A stretch of 64,000 bases of DNA from an uncultured Candidatus Saccharibacteria bacterium (GCA_964599405.1 CAZRED010000001.1:75528-139527); one strand, 5' to 3'. Positions 9,994-20,281 are shown, counted from the first letter of the stretch. Numbers and translations are program-made. Notes: a model not told the origin generated them from the letters alone.

Positions 9994-11181
9994 TTGGCAC
10001 TAAACTTTTTTCACGATCGGATTTACACACAGATTCCCTTCACTGACGACGACTTGCGACTCTATCAAACTCCCGAAATGACTCGCTTGCGACAGGTTTC
10101 ATTATCGGCAATACCACCTTGGATTCTGCCTTGTGGGCTTTGTGCCAGCAAGTTTGAACACTCGGTCGGGGTGAAATTCTTAGCCGAAATTGTCGGTAAT
10201 CAGTCCGGGTTTGCTTCTATGGCAAAGAACATCGTATTTGCTGGGCTTGCACACGACGTTGGCACGCCACCGTTCTCTCATATGAGCGAGTACTTTCTTA
10301 AGCTTCTTCACGGTAAAGACCACGAAGAGTTTGCGGAAGATCTATTGCTCAACTCTCAACTGGCCGAGGAATTTCATCGGCAAGGTGGGGACGTTGAAAC
10401 AATTCTCAAGATGATCACCGGTAAGCTGCCTGGGGTGAGCGATGTGGTGAACGGATCGATTGACATCGACAATCTCGACAACTCGCTAAGATACTGTCTT
10501 AGTATGGGGTTGGTCGACTATCGGACCTACCGTCCGGAAGTGTTGGCTAGATCCTATCGGATGTCAGATAGTGGCGATATTTACTTGGACGAAAGCGCCC
10601 TGTCAGAGTTACCGGGATGGGAAGAGTGCCGGGTTAGAACGTACGCGTTCGTATATTCTGAACACAACCTAGCGCCCGGAAGCATGCTCCACCGAGCTAT
10701 GGATTTGGCTACCCGTGAGGGGGTGGATGAGATACCGCCGGAGTACTTCCGCTTCACTGACACTCAAGCTTACCGATGGCTGCTTGATAAATGCAGCTTC
10801 GGGACGCAGGACTTGGCTCGTAAAGTCGAGGGATTCCGCTTCCATCAGCCGGTAATCGGGACGACCATCACGGAAGAAAATCCGAGCCTATCGAAGCTAA
10901 TTAGCGAGCCACGCTCTCGTGGCCTACTGGCCGATGAGATCGCGGAGCTGCTTTCACTCCCTAGGGAGGCAGTTGCTGTTATTCACGGGAAGAACAAAGG
11001 TAACAAGCAAATTCACCTGCCTATTCGTGATAAAAGCGGGGCGTTGTCACCCAGCCACCGTTCGATGCTACGAGAAAGTTGGTATATCCGGGTGTTCGTT
11101 GCTCCTGAAAACATCAAGAGCGACACACGGGAGACTATTCACCGGTTACTTCTGTCTCGTTTACCTGAACTTTCCTTTTGA
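9994..11181 (+). CDS. HD-domain phosphohydrolase, dGTP triphosphohydrolase-like
   Basis: HSVG...GLAHDVGTPPFSH HD motif typical of the Dgt/dNTPase family. TTG start with GGAGG 10 nt upstream. Confidence 0.7.
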   Translation: MALNFFHDRIYTQIPFTDDDLRLYQTPEMTRLRQVSLSAIPPWILPCGLCASKFEHSVGVKFLAEIVGNQSGFASMAKNIVFAGLAHDVGTPPFSHMSEYFLKLLHGKDHEEFAEDLLLNSQLAEEFHRQGGDVETILKMITGKLPGVSDVVNGSIDIDNLDNSLRYCLSMGLVDYRTYRPEVLARSYRMSDSGDIYLDESALSELPGWEECRVRTYAFVYSEHNLAPGSMLHRAMDLATREGVDEIPPEYFRFTDTQAYRWLLDKCSFGTQDLARKVEGFRFHQPVIGTTITEENPSLSKLISEPRSRGLLADEIAELLSLPREAVAVIHGKNKGNKQIHLPIRDKSGALSPSHRSMLRESWYIRVFVAPENIKSDTRETIHRLLLSRLPELSF

Positions 11182-11211
11182 TTATTCCGGCTTCCAGCCG
11201 GAATTTTTTTG

Positions 11212-11284
11212 AGCGGCAGACCGGATTTGAACCGGCGACCTCTTCCTTGGCAAGGAAGCGTTCTACCAACTGAACTACTGCCGC
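11212..11284 (-). tRNA. tRNA-Gly(GCC)
   Basis: RC reads GCGGCAGTAGTTCAGTTGGTAGAACGCTTCCTTGCCAAGGAAG...GGTTCAAATCCGGTCTGCCGCT; anticodon GCC. Confidence 0.8.
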
Positions 11285-11354
11285 GCGTAATGTGATTATA
11301 TCTTGCCCGCCACCCTTGTGTAAAGGAGATAACGGGGCTAATATTGCCTCTGAA

Positions 11355-11669
11355 ATGGCAAAAAAGCACGGCAAAAATCTGCAGAAATTATTAGCCAAAA
11401 AACAGCAGCTCCAACGCCTCCAGGAAAGTCCTAGTACCGTCGCCGAGGCTCTGCCCACGCCAGTTGTTGCCGACCGACCGGCGATCGCCGCCGCTCCGGA
11501 GCTGCCAGCCTTGCCCGTTGGCGACAACAAACCGGTCAAGCGCACGTTAATTAGCGTGGCGATTGTCGCCGTTATTTTAACGGTGCTGACTCTGACCGCC
11601 CAATCCAACCATTACCTCGGTAGTTTTGGTGACTGGCTCTACGAAACTCTGAAGCTCGGCGCTAATTAG
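11355..11669 (+). CDS. hypothetical membrane-anchored protein
   Basis: Start at MAKKHGKN...; Ala/Pro-rich region then a C-terminal TM helix. Confidence 0.4.
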   Translation: MAKKHGKNLQKLLAKKQQLQRLQESPSTVAEALPTPVVADRPAIAAAPELPALPVGDNKPVKRTLISVAIVAVILTVLTLTAQSNHYLGSFGDWLYETLKLGAN

Positions 11670-11836
11670 TGCTGACTGGTCGACTTTGGCGAGATACCTT
11701 CTGTCAGGTCTCGGTTGGAATTCAGAGTATTAATTACAATCACAAAACTACTGGCTAATGCCACAAACACCGCCAGAATCACGAAAAATTCGGTAACAAA
11801 CTCGGTTAGATAATTTTTCGGAGATTTTGCTGCCAT
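11666..11836 (-). CDS. small membrane protein (56 aa), unannotated in ORF track
   Basis: Manual translation: MAAKSPKNYLTEFVTEFFVILAVFVALASSFVIVINTLNSNRDLTEGISPKSTSQH*. Confidence 0.3.
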   Translation of the reverse strand: MAAKSPKNYLTEFVTEFFVILAVFVALASSFVIVINTLNSNRDLTEGISPKSTSQH

Positions 11837-11856
11837 AGTTTTACTTTAGCAATAAA

Positions 11857-13371
11857 TTAGCGTTGAAAACGGTACTGCAGGGCTTCGGCTAGATCACCAG
11901 CGCTGACTTTTTCGTGATCATTCAAGTCCGCTACCGTCTGCGCCACTCGCAGCAATTTGTGGAAACCCCGGCCGGTAATCACGTACTGCTTGCTGGCTTT
12001 TTCCAGCATTGCCTGGGCTTCTGGCTCTAGCGCAATTAACTTATTAACTTCTTTGGGCGATAAGCCAGCGTTCAGAACGCTGGCCCGCTCCTTAGAGCGC
12101 TGCCAAACCTTTTTCACCGCCGTTTGCTTAGCTGCCAGGTCGGCACTATCGTCGTCGGGGCTGGCTTGCAGTTGCTCTAGCGAGACCGGTAGCATTTGAA
12201 TCGACATATCAATCCGGTCCAATATCGGCCCGCTGATTTTTTTGCGATATTGTTCAATTTGATGTGCCGAGCAAATGCACTCCTTCAGACCACTCTCATG
12301 CCAGCCGCAGGGGCAGGGGTTCATAGTGGCAACCATCTGGAAATCGGCCGGGAAACTGGTGCGGGCATTAGCCCTAGCCACATGAACGATTTTGTCCTCC
12401 AGCGGCTGGCGGAGCGATTCAATAACTTGCCGGGGAAATTCTGGCAATTCATCTAAAAACAAAATGCCACGGTGAGCTAAAGATATTTCGCCCGGGCGAA
12501 TTGTGGAATTACCACCGCCAACAATTGCGATATGGCTGGCACTGTGATGAGGGCTGCGCAGTGGCCGGGTGCGAAAGGAAAATATTTCTTCTGGCGACAA
12601 AATCCCGAAAACGCTGTGGATTTGCAGGACTTCAATTTGTTCGTCTTGTTCTAGTGGCGGTAGCAAGACTTGCAGGGCTTTGGCCAACATTGTTTTTCCG
12701 GCGCCTGGTGGTCCGTGGAGCAGGATGCTGTGGCCGCCAGCGGCGGCCACCATGGCTGCCCGTTTGGCTTGTTCTTGGCCGCGAATTTGGCTCCAAACTT
12801 CATCGCTCAACGGCTTTTGCTCGGTAGTGTCGCGCCGGTACGGCTCAATTTCAATTACTCCAGCCAACCAATCCACTACCTCCCGCAGACTGTTAATCGG
12901 TAAGACACTGACCCCACTCACCAACGCTGCTTCGGCAGCATTTTCCTTGGGCACCAACACATTTTTCAGGCCTTTTTTCTTCGCCCACTGCGTCAGCACC
13001 AGCACTGCCCGAACCGGCTGGATACTGCCGTCCAGCGACAAACCGCCGATAATTAAACTATCTTTCAGCCGGAGCGAAGTGGGGATTTGTTTGTCGGCCA
13101 GCAGCACCGACAGGGCAATTGGCACATCAAAATGCGCCCCACTTTTTTTAATCTCCGACGGCGCTAAGTTAACGGTGATGCGATTCAGGGGAAACTTGTA
13201 GCCAGAGTTTTTAATGGCAGCCCGCACCCGCTCGCGACTCTCATCTACCAGTCGGTCAGTTAAGCCAATAATCGAAAAAGCCGGCAAACCGCTGGCCACA
13301 TCTACTTCAACTGTCGTTGGAGATGCCGAAATCCCATCAACGGTGGCGCTGGGGAATTTGGCAAGCGCCAT
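11857..13371 (-). CDS. comM: Mg-chelatase-like AAA+ ATPase YifB/ComM
   Basis: 504 aa. Lon-like N-domain, Walker A GPPGAGKT, C-terminal ChlI/MCM-like domain. Confidence 0.85.
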   Translation of the reverse strand: MALAKFPSATVDGISASPTTVEVDVASGLPAFSIIGLTDRLVDESRERVRAAIKNSGYKFPLNRITVNLAPSEIKKSGAHFDVPIALSVLLADKQIPTSLRLKDSLIIGGLSLDGSIQPVRAVLVLTQWAKKKGLKNVLVPKENAAEAALVSGVSVLPINSLREVVDWLAGVIEIEPYRRDTTEQKPLSDEVWSQIRGQEQAKRAAMVAAAGGHSILLHGPPGAGKTMLAKALQVLLPPLEQDEQIEVLQIHSVFGILSPEEIFSFRTRPLRSPHHSASHIAIVGGGNSTIRPGEISLAHRGILFLDELPEFPRQVIESLRQPLEDKIVHVARANARTSFPADFQMVATMNPCPCGWHESGLKECICSAHQIEQYRKKISGPILDRIDMSIQMLPVSLEQLQASPDDDSADLAAKQTAVKKVWQRSKERASVLNAGLSPKEVNKLIALEPEAQAMLEKASKQYVITGRGFHKLLRVAQTVADLNDHEKVSAGDLAEALQYRFQR

Positions 13372-14037
13372 TTATGGACCAAAGATTATCACCGAAAAGC
13401 CGAATAAACAGATGACAATGACGCCCCAGCCCATAAAAATAATCGGTAGGCGGCGGCCTAGCACCGCTAAAATTGTGCCGGCTAAGTAGGTTAACGCTAA
13501 CATCGCCAGTGTTAATAAGTTCGGTCCGGAATTCGGCAAAGTTTGGGCTTGGGCCGCTTGCAGATCAACGTTAGCCAGCGAGGCAAACACCGCTACTGTC
13601 AGCACAAATAGTGACAATACGCCGGTAATAGCTTGGGTGCGGGAAAATCCCCGCTCTTTGGCACCGACCGGCTGTTGGGCGGCGAGCCACTGGGTGTATA
13701 GCGCTAGTTGGCCGCGGGGGAAAAACATCCCATCGCAGTCGGGACAGCTCCAAAATTGGCCGGAGTGCGGCGACACGTCGTGGTCGGCCGGCGCCAGCAA
13801 CGTTCCATCAAGCGGGCAGATTAAATCGTAGGATTTCACCGAGTAGTTCGGGCTAGGGGAGTCGTATTGAGTAACAACGGCCGGATCCAGCTGGCTCTCC
13901 AACGGTTGGGGGAACCAAAAGCCGCCGCATTGTAGGCAGCGCTTGGCTTCGACTAGCGAACCCGAAACGGTCCGCAAATCTACTCGATCGTAATCGCCGT
14001 TACACAACGGGCACTTCACTGTTTGTCCCCTCCGCAC
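13372..14037 (-). CDS. zinc-ribbon (2x CxxC pairs) membrane protein
   Basis: CPLCNGD...CLQCGG and CPLDG...CPDCDG ribbons followed by 3 TM helices. Confidence 0.5.
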   Translation of the reverse strand: MRRGQTVKCPLCNGDYDRVDLRTVSGSLVEAKRCLQCGGFWFPQPLESQLDPAVVTQYDSPSPNYSVKSYDLICPLDGTLLAPADHDVSPHSGQFWSCPDCDGMFFPRGQLALYTQWLAAQQPVGAKERGFSRTQAITGVLSLFVLTVAVFASLANVDLQAAQAQTLPNSGPNLLTLAMLALTYLAGTILAVLGRRLPIIFMGWGVIVICLFGFSVIIFGP

Positions 14038-14055
14038 ATACCCCCACTCTACTGA

Positions 14056-14829
14056 CTATTCTTGGTTGCGCAAGAAGCGGCTGGTCAGATCGGCGGCTTC
14101 AGCACTACTGGAAACAGTCACCACCGGCCCGTGGTGGCGCCACCAGGTTAGCTGCCGGCGGATGTAGGCCCGACTGACCTTTTGTAGCTCCCGAATGGCT
14201 TCGTGATAACCCAATTGCCCGCCAAGGTGCAGGGCGGCGTAGCGGTAATCCAGGCCAATATTTGTCAACCACTCCGGACTAATTCCCTTCTCGATTAGCT
14301 CTTTCGTTTCGGCAAGTAATTTGTCGAATACTCTTACTTTCTTATAACGCTTATCGCTACGGCGATATAGTTCATCACGATCAACGCTGGGCATTAAAAT
14401 TAATGATTGAAAATCAACTGGAGCCTGTTTTCTGGAAAAACGTCCCCCGCCTGGCTGATAGCCTTCCAGCAGCGCTGTAACGTATAGGCCAGTACCGCCA
14501 ACGACAATTGGCAGTTTGTCAGAGCGCCAAATTTCTTCCAACTCTGCTTTGGCTAGAATAAGCCAATCTGCAAGAGTGAATCTTTCCCCAGGATCAACGA
14601 CATCGATTAACATCTGGTGAACATCGTCTATCATTCGCCGCGGCTTTCCCTGGAATTGATCAGGCGCTCCTTCTTTATTCGTGCCCACATCTAACCCCAT
14701 GTAAACCTGCCGGGAGTCGGCCGAAATTATTACTCCGTTGAATTTTTTAGCCAACTCAACGGCTAGCGCGGTTTTTCCCGAGCCGGTTGGTCCAACTACC
14801 GCAATTAATTTTCGCTTGCTATTTACCAT
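14056..14829 (-). CDS. miaA: tRNA dimethylallyltransferase
   Basis: LIAVVGPTGSGKTALAVELAKKF...ISADSRQVYMGLDVGTNK; compact at 257 aa. Confidence 0.8.
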   Translation of the reverse strand: MVNSKRKLIAVVGPTGSGKTALAVELAKKFNGVIISADSRQVYMGLDVGTNKEGAPDQFQGKPRRMIDDVHQMLIDVVDPGERFTLADWLILAKAELEEIWRSDKLPIVVGGTGLYVTALLEGYQPGGGRFSRKQAPVDFQSLILMPSVDRDELYRRSDKRYKKVRVFDKLLAETKELIEKGISPEWLTNIGLDYRYAALHLGGQLGYHEAIRELQKVSRAYIRRQLTWWRHHGPVVTVSSSAEAADLTSRFLRNQE

Positions 14830-14851
14830 TCCGCCTCATATTATCTCTTTG

Positions 14852-15568
14852 ATGCTTGAGATTAAAAACCTCTCAAAAAAATTTTGGCGCGGCAAGGGGG
14901 AATTTCTTGCCGTCAATAATCTTACTCTTACCGTCACGCCTGGTAGCGTTTTTGGGTTCTTGGGCTTAAACGGCGCCGGCAAAACTACCACTATCAAAAT
15001 GCTGACCGACTTAATTTTCGCCGATACCGGCCGCTCCAGCTGGAAAAAACAGCCAACTCAAAGCCCCGCTAGCAAAGCCAGAATCGGTTTTATGCCTGAG
15101 CAGCCGCAGTTTCACCGCCATCTTACTGCCAACGAGGTACTAAACTACGTCGGCGAGCTGTTCGAACTGGAACCAACAGTCATTGCCAAACGCCGTAAGT
15201 TACTACTGAAAGAAGTTGGTCTTTCTGCTAGCGCCGATACCGCCACCGAACAGTTCTCCAAAGGAATGAACCAACGTCTTGGTTTGGCCGTCGCCTTAAT
15301 TAACGAACCGGAGTTGTTAATTTTAGACGAGCCGCTCGACGGCCTCGACCCCATCGGCCGAGCCGAATTCAAAACAATTATCCGTGCCCAGCAAAAAAGA
15401 GGAAAAACGGTGTTTTTCAGCAGCCACATCTTGGCTGACGTGGAAGAGCTATGTGATCAAATTGGAGTTATCGACCAGGGAAAATTAATTTTCACTGGCC
15501 CGCCGAAGGAGTTGGCCAAACCTAACCAATCCCTGGAAGACGCGTTTGTCAGCTTGGTCCGACCATGA
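14852..15568 (+). CDS. ABC transporter ATP-binding protein
   Basis: Start at MLEIKNLSKKF. Walker A GLNGAGKTT, signature FSKGMNQRL, Walker B LLILDEP. Confidence 0.85.
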   Translation: MLEIKNLSKKFWRGKGEFLAVNNLTLTVTPGSVFGFLGLNGAGKTTTIKMLTDLIFADTGRSSWKKQPTQSPASKARIGFMPEQPQFHRHLTANEVLNYVGELFELEPTVIAKRRKLLLKEVGLSASADTATEQFSKGMNQRLGLAVALINEPELLILDEPLDGLDPIGRAEFKTIIRAQQKRGKTVFFSSHILADVEELCDQIGVIDQGKLIFTGPPKELAKPNQSLEDAFVSLVRP

Positions 15569-16332
15569 TCAATAAAAAAATCCTGACCATTGCCAAAAAT
15601 ACCCTCACCGAAACCATTCGGGAGCGGATTCTTTATGTGATTATCGGTTTTGCCGTTCTAACAATTGCCGCCACCCTGCTAGCCGGCTCGATTTCGTTGG
15701 GGCAGGATCTGCGAGTTATCCAGACGTTCGGCCTAACAGCCCTGCTGGTTTTTCTGGTAGTGATAGCGATTTTTACCGGCAGCCAGATGCTCAAGCGGGA
15801 AACCGACAGTCGAACGATATACCTAACGCTCTCCAAGCCCGTCTCCCGCGAAATGTTTTACCTGGGCAAATTTATCGGGGTTTGTTCGGTTTTATTGATT
15901 TGCGCGGTGGCAATGGCCGCCGTATTGGTGACGTTACTGTGGATAAAGTCCGGCGTTTTTCCGACAGTTACACTCTGGGCCGTGGCCTTTATAATCCTCG
16001 AGGTTTGGTTAGTAGCAGCGCTAGGGATGCTCTTTGGCAGCTTTGCCACACCGCTGATGAGTGTGGTTTACACTTTTGGGTTGGTGTTAATCGGCCATTC
16101 TGCCACCACAATTTATATTATCTCCCAAAAGTCCGCCCCTGCCGTAAAATATCTTCTCCAAACTGTTTACTACGGATTCCCTAACTTAGAGAAATTTAAC
16201 CTACGAAACGACGTAATTTACTCCTTGTCACCGGATTTCGCCCAAGTATTGGGAATAATTGGCTACTTTATTGGCTACACGCTCTTGCTGTTGGTGCTGG
16301 GCCTGATCGTCTTTCGCCGCCATGAAGCGTGA
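15565..16332 (+). CDS. ABC-2 type transporter permease
   Basis: 255 aa, six TM helices; 4-nt overlap with the ATPase gene. Confidence 0.75.
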   Translation: MINKKILTIAKNTLTETIRERILYVIIGFAVLTIAATLLAGSISLGQDLRVIQTFGLTALLVFLVVIAIFTGSQMLKRETDSRTIYLTLSKPVSREMFYLGKFIGVCSVLLICAVAMAAVLVTLLWIKSGVFPTVTLWAVAFIILEVWLVAALGMLFGSFATPLMSVVYTFGLVLIGHSATTIYIISQKSAPAVKYLLQTVYYGFPNLEKFNLRNDVIYSLSPDFAQVLGIIGYFIGYTLLLLVLGLIVFRRHEA

Positions 16333-17170
16333 ACTAGCCGACCGGCGCTTTGCCTGGTTGGTGGTAGTGTTTCTCTGGGGAGCTGCCTATCTCTCACAGC
16401 TCCATTACGACACCTGGCGGCTTTACAGTCCGGCGAAAATTACTGTTGATTACAACGAATTTATCGAGCCGCAGCCGCTCTCGGGGAACAGTGCCAGACT
16501 GGCCAGCTTTGGCGCAACGGAATTTCTGGCCGATATTTACTGGCTGCAGTTGATTCAGTACTACGGCGGTGGTACACCCAACGGCCAATACCGAAAATTA
16601 CCCGAACTATTCTCCACCATAACCGAGCTAGCTCCTCACTTCAAACAAGCATATGTCACCGGGTTACTAATCCTTCCCGGCGAGGGATTTGTTGATCAAG
16701 CGCTAGCTCTTGGCGAAAAAGGCCAACAATTCCTGCCTGACGCCTGGGAGCTGCCGTACTACACCGGTTTGGTTTACCACATCTACCAAAAAGATTTTAC
16801 TGCTGCCGCCAAAGAGTTCGAAAAAGCCGCGGCAATTGCCGACTCTCCGCCAATTGCAAAGCTCTTTGCCGGTATTTACTACAAAGAAGCTAATCAGCGC
16901 CAAACCGCCTACATTATTTTCCAGACGATTTTGGCCACCAGCGACAACGACTTTGTACGGGAACGGGCTGCCAAGTACCTGCAACATCTCGACGGCATGA
17001 TTGCCCTAGAGAAAGCCGTTGCCCAATTTCACAGCCAATTTGGCCGCTACCCGACATCCCTGGGCGAGCTGGTAGCCAAACAAATAATTAGCGAATTACC
17101 TAAAAGTCCACTGGTTATCGAATACACCTACGACTCCGTTACCGGTGCGGTCGGGGAAGCCGCCAATTAG
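16322..17170 (+). CDS. membrane-anchored helical-repeat (TPR-like) protein, in transporter operon
   Basis: 282 aa with N-terminal TM; overlaps permease stop. Confidence 0.5.
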   Translation: MKRELADRRFAWLVVVFLWGAAYLSQLHYDTWRLYSPAKITVDYNEFIEPQPLSGNSARLASFGATEFLADIYWLQLIQYYGGGTPNGQYRKLPELFSTITELAPHFKQAYVTGLLILPGEGFVDQALALGEKGQQFLPDAWELPYYTGLVYHIYQKDFTAAAKEFEKAAAIADSPPIAKLFAGIYYKEANQRQTAYIIFQTILATSDNDFVRERAAKYLQHLDGMIALEKAVAQFHSQFGRYPTSLGELVAKQIISELPKSPLVIEYTYDSVTGAVGEAAN

Positions 17171-18114
17171 CTGCCGGCGAACAGTCGCCAAACGGCGTCA
17201 GCCAACTTTTTGGAACTATGGAACAGCGGCTGGCTTTCATTAATTAAATCCGTCCGGACGATTGGCACACCCAGAATTTCCGTTTCTTCGGCGGTAATAT
17301 TGTGAATGCTGCCGGGCTTGTCCTCACTGCCTCTGGCCACAACCTTGTCGTTCACTAACGCCGCGTCAAACCGGGTGCCGTTAACGTAACGACGAAGTTG
17401 CTTAATATGGTCTTCCACCGTGAAACCTTCTGTTTCGCCGCGCTCGGTCGAAGCATTACAGATGTAAATTTTCATCGCCGTCGATTTTTCAAAGGCGTCG
17501 CGAAATTCTTTAATCAAAAAGTTTGGCAAAATACTGGTGAACAAGCTGCCTGGCCCCACTAAAATTAAATCGGCGTTATTAATAAAATGAATGGCGGTCG
17601 GGTTAGCTTTGGCGCCCACCGGCGAAAGTTCAATCTTGTCTATGCCGAAGCGATGGCCCTGGACCGGAATATCCACTTCGCCCAATGCCTGCTGGCCATT
17701 TTTCAGCCGGGCAATCAAACTAACGTGCTCCAACGTTGATGGAATCACCTCGCCTTTAATCGACAGAATCTTACTGCTGGCTTGGACGGCCGACTCAAAA
17801 TCGCCAGTGATATCGGCCAGGGCAATTAGTAGCAAGTTGCCCAGCGAATGTCCGCTCAACCCTCGCCCTTTACCGAACCGGTACTCAAAAAGTTTCGTTA
17901 GCAGCTGCTCGTCGTCGGAGAGCGCCGCTAAACACTTTCGAATATCCCCGGGCGGCAGTACGCCCATTTCCCGACTCAACCGGCCACTGGAAGCGCCGTT
18001 GTCGGTCATGGTAACGATTCCCGATAAACTAACCGGGTGATTTTTTAGGCCACGCAAAAGGGTAGATAGCCCAGAACCCCCGCCAATGGCGACGACTTTG
18101 GGTTTGGGGGTCAT
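17167..18114 (-). CDS. yvcK: gluconeogenesis factor / UPF0052 YvcK (CofD-like)
   Basis: KVVAIGGGSGLSTLLRGLK N-terminal signature. Confidence 0.8.
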   Translation of the reverse strand: MTPKPKVVAIGGGSGLSTLLRGLKNHPVSLSGIVTMTDNGASSGRLSREMGVLPPGDIRKCLAALSDDEQLLTKLFEYRFGKGRGLSGHSLGNLLLIALADITGDFESAVQASSKILSIKGEVIPSTLEHVSLIARLKNGQQALGEVDIPVQGHRFGIDKIELSPVGAKANPTAIHFINNADLILVGPGSLFTSILPNFLIKEFRDAFEKSTAMKIYICNASTERGETEGFTVEDHIKQLRRYVNGTRFDAALVNDKVVARGSEDKPGSIHNITAEETEILGVPIVRTDLINESQPLFHSSKKLADAVWRLFAGS

Positions 18115-18626
18115 GGAACTAATGGATAGCGGTAATTGGTGACTTCGTCCAGCGCAGCGGGGCTGGATTTCGTCCAGGTTTGCAGGACAAATTTTTCTGA
18201 AGCCGTCGCCGTGCGGTTATTAGTGTAGGCCACGGCCGTTACGTGGAAAACGCCAAGGAAGTGAAAATCGTCTAGTTTGTACTTTTGAACGTAGCTGCCG
18301 CTGCCGTCAACCGTCATCTTCAGGGTTTGGGAGTTGTTAACGCTACCGTTAGGATATTGGGTAACGATTTCCAGCTCCGCGCCGGGAACGGTGGTGAAAG
18401 TGACGGTTTGGCTCTGCCCCAGCCGCACCACTTCCCGCGAAAAAGTAATCGCCAGCGGAAACGGCTGCTCTTCGGTTTGGCTCGCTTCGTTTTGCGAAGC
18501 GAGTACCGCCTCACTAATTGTCACTGGGTCGCGTTGCACGGTTATCTCGCGATTCCAGTTTAGACCCAGCGTCGTCAGAATCAGCGCGACGATGGTGAAG
18601 AAGGTGTTACGCAGCGTTCGTGACAT
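18111..18626 (-). CDS. hypothetical secreted protein
   Basis: Start at MSRTLRNTFFTIVALILTTLGL (signal/TM); no motif. Confidence 0.5.
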   Translation of the reverse strand: MSRTLRNTFFTIVALILTTLGLNWNREITVQRDPVTISEAVLASQNEASQTEEQPFPLAITFSREVVRLGQSQTVTFTTVPGAELEIVTQYPNGSVNNSQTLKMTVDGSGSYVQKYKLDDFHFLGVFHVTAVAYTNNRTATASEKFVLQTWTKSSPAALDEVTNYRYPLVP

Positions 18627-18710
18627 AGCTTTTTTATATTGTAGCCGCTTCAAGAACAATGACAACGCTCGTTGCGACGGCGCCAAAAACACGTTACGCT
18701 CGGAAAAGCG

Positions 18711-19688
18711 ATGACAGCCGACACTAACTACGACGTGGCAATTATTGGTTCCGGCATTGCTGGGCTTTCGGCCGGACTATATTCCGGTCGCTACGAACTA
18801 CCGACCGCCGTTATCGGCGATATGTTGGGCGGCGCCACCTCCACTGCTTGGACGGTGGAAAACTACCCGGGCTACAAAGAAATTGACGGCTACGATTTGA
18901 TTATCAAGGTTAAAGAGCAAAACGAAGCGCTCGGCGTCAATATTATTAACGATCGCGTCACCGGTTTGGAAAAGACCGGGGATGGTTTTGAGCTGTCGCT
19001 GCGCGACGGCGGCGAGCACAAAGTTCAAGCGAAAACGGTGATTTTTGCCGTTGGTGCTGCGAGGCGCAAATTGGGCGTTGATAAAGAGGACGAATTTTCC
19101 CAGGGCAAAGGCGTCCACTACTGCGCTACCTGTGACGCCCCGCTCTACAAAGGTAAGGTTATTGGATTAATCGGCGGAGGAGACGCCTCCGTTAAGGGAA
19201 TGAACTTGGCTGTTCAGTACGCCGAAAAGGTTCACGCTTTTGTCCGAGGCGACAAGCTCAAAGCCGAACCGATCAACTACGAGCGCCTCGAGCCGCATAT
19301 TCAGTCCGGCAAAGTGGAGGTTCACTTCAAAACCGAAATTACCGAACTGTTGGGTACGGAGCGCCTAACCGGTGTTAAAACCAACGACGGCCGAGAGATT
19401 GAGTTGGACGGCGTATTTATTGAAATTGGGGCCATCCCAGAAGTGGAGCTGGCCGAAAAAGTTGGCGTCAAGCTCGACGAGCACGGCTATATCGGCGTCA
19501 ACAATATGATGGAAACTAATGTTCCGGGAATCTACGCCGCTGGCGACACCACTAGTTTCTTTGGCCATTTCAAACAAGATATTACTGCCGCCGCCATGGG
19601 CGCCGTCGCCGCAACGTCGGCCTTTAACTTTGTTCAAAGCCAAAACGCTAAAACCGTCAAAGAGCCTGCCAAAGCAGCCGCCAACTGA
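18711..19688 (+). CDS. trxB: thioredoxin-disulfide reductase
   Basis: YDVAIIGSGIAGLSAG FAD motif; redox-active CATCDA. Confidence 0.85.
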   Translation: MTADTNYDVAIIGSGIAGLSAGLYSGRYELPTAVIGDMLGGATSTAWTVENYPGYKEIDGYDLIIKVKEQNEALGVNIINDRVTGLEKTGDGFELSLRDGGEHKVQAKTVIFAVGAARRKLGVDKEDEFSQGKGVHYCATCDAPLYKGKVIGLIGGGDASVKGMNLAVQYAEKVHAFVRGDKLKAEPINYERLEPHIQSGKVEVHFKTEITELLGTERLTGVKTNDGREIELDGVFIEIGAIPEVELAEKVGVKLDEHGYIGVNNMMETNVPGIYAAGDTTSFFGHFKQDITAAAMGAVAATSAFNFVQSQNAKTVKEPAKAAAN

Positions 19689-19729
19689 TTGAGCGGTAAG
19701 CATTTTACTGGTACAATTTGTATTACTAC

Positions 19730-19802
19730 AGGCCTGTAGCTCAGCGGTAGAGCAGGTGCCTTTTAAGCACTGTGCGGCGGGTTCGACTCCCGCCAGGCCT
19801 AC
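19730..19802 (+). tRNA. tRNA-Lys(UUU)
   Basis: AGGCCTG acceptor, D-arm GCTCAGCGGTAGAGC, anticodon loop CTTTTAA, T-arm GCGGGTTCGACTCCCGC. Confidence 0.8.
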
Positions 19803-19805
19803 ATG

Positions 19806-19836
19806 AAAAAGTACCCACCTCTGTGGGTACTTTTTA
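19806..19836 (+). terminator. rho-independent terminator-like hairpin (bidirectional)
   Basis: AAAAAGTACCCAC-CTCT-GTGGGTACTTTTTAT. Confidence 0.6.
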
Positions 19837-19932
19837 TGTATGTCTTGGGAGCGAACCAGCCGGCTTTGCCGGCTCGGTTAGATAGCGAGCGTAACGAAGT
19901 GAAGCGAGCTATACCGCAGCGAAGCGGAGGGT

Positions 19933-19949
19933 ACTCCCGCCAGGCCTAC
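19933..19949 (+). repeat. direct repeat of tRNA-Lys 3' end (copy 2)
   Basis: ACTCCCGCCAGGCCTAC is identical to tRNA 19786-19802; followed by CACCCTCCGC. Confidence 0.7.
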
Positions 19950-20032
19950 CACCCTCCGCTAAAGCTTCGGCTGGCAAGCCGATAGCGATACAATAGCGGT
20001 GCAACCCGTAGCTTTATGCGAAGGGTTGAAAA

Positions 20033-20269
20033 ATGTATTACGTCTATTTGTTAAAGCTGAAAAACGATAGTTATTACACTGGTATAACCAAGGACTTAAA
20101 GAATAGAGTTAAGAAACACAATAAGGGCGATGTTTTTACTACTAAGAGTAAACGTCCAGTTGAATTGGTTTTTTACTGTGCTTTTCCTTCCAAAAGCCGC
20201 GCAGCTAATTTTGAAGCGTATTTAAAGACTGGCTCCGGCCAGGCGTTTCGCAACCGCCATTTTCTGTGA
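20033..20269 (+). CDS. GIY-YIG nuclease-superfamily protein (UPF0213/YhbQ-like)
   Basis: MYYVYLLKLKNDSYYTGITKDLKNRVKKHN GIY-YIG motif. Confidence 0.7.
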   Translation: MYYVYLLKLKNDSYYTGITKDLKNRVKKHNKGDVFTTKSKRPVELVFYCAFPSKSRAANFEAYLKTGSGQAFRNRHFL

Positions 20270-20281
20270 CGAAGCGCCGAC

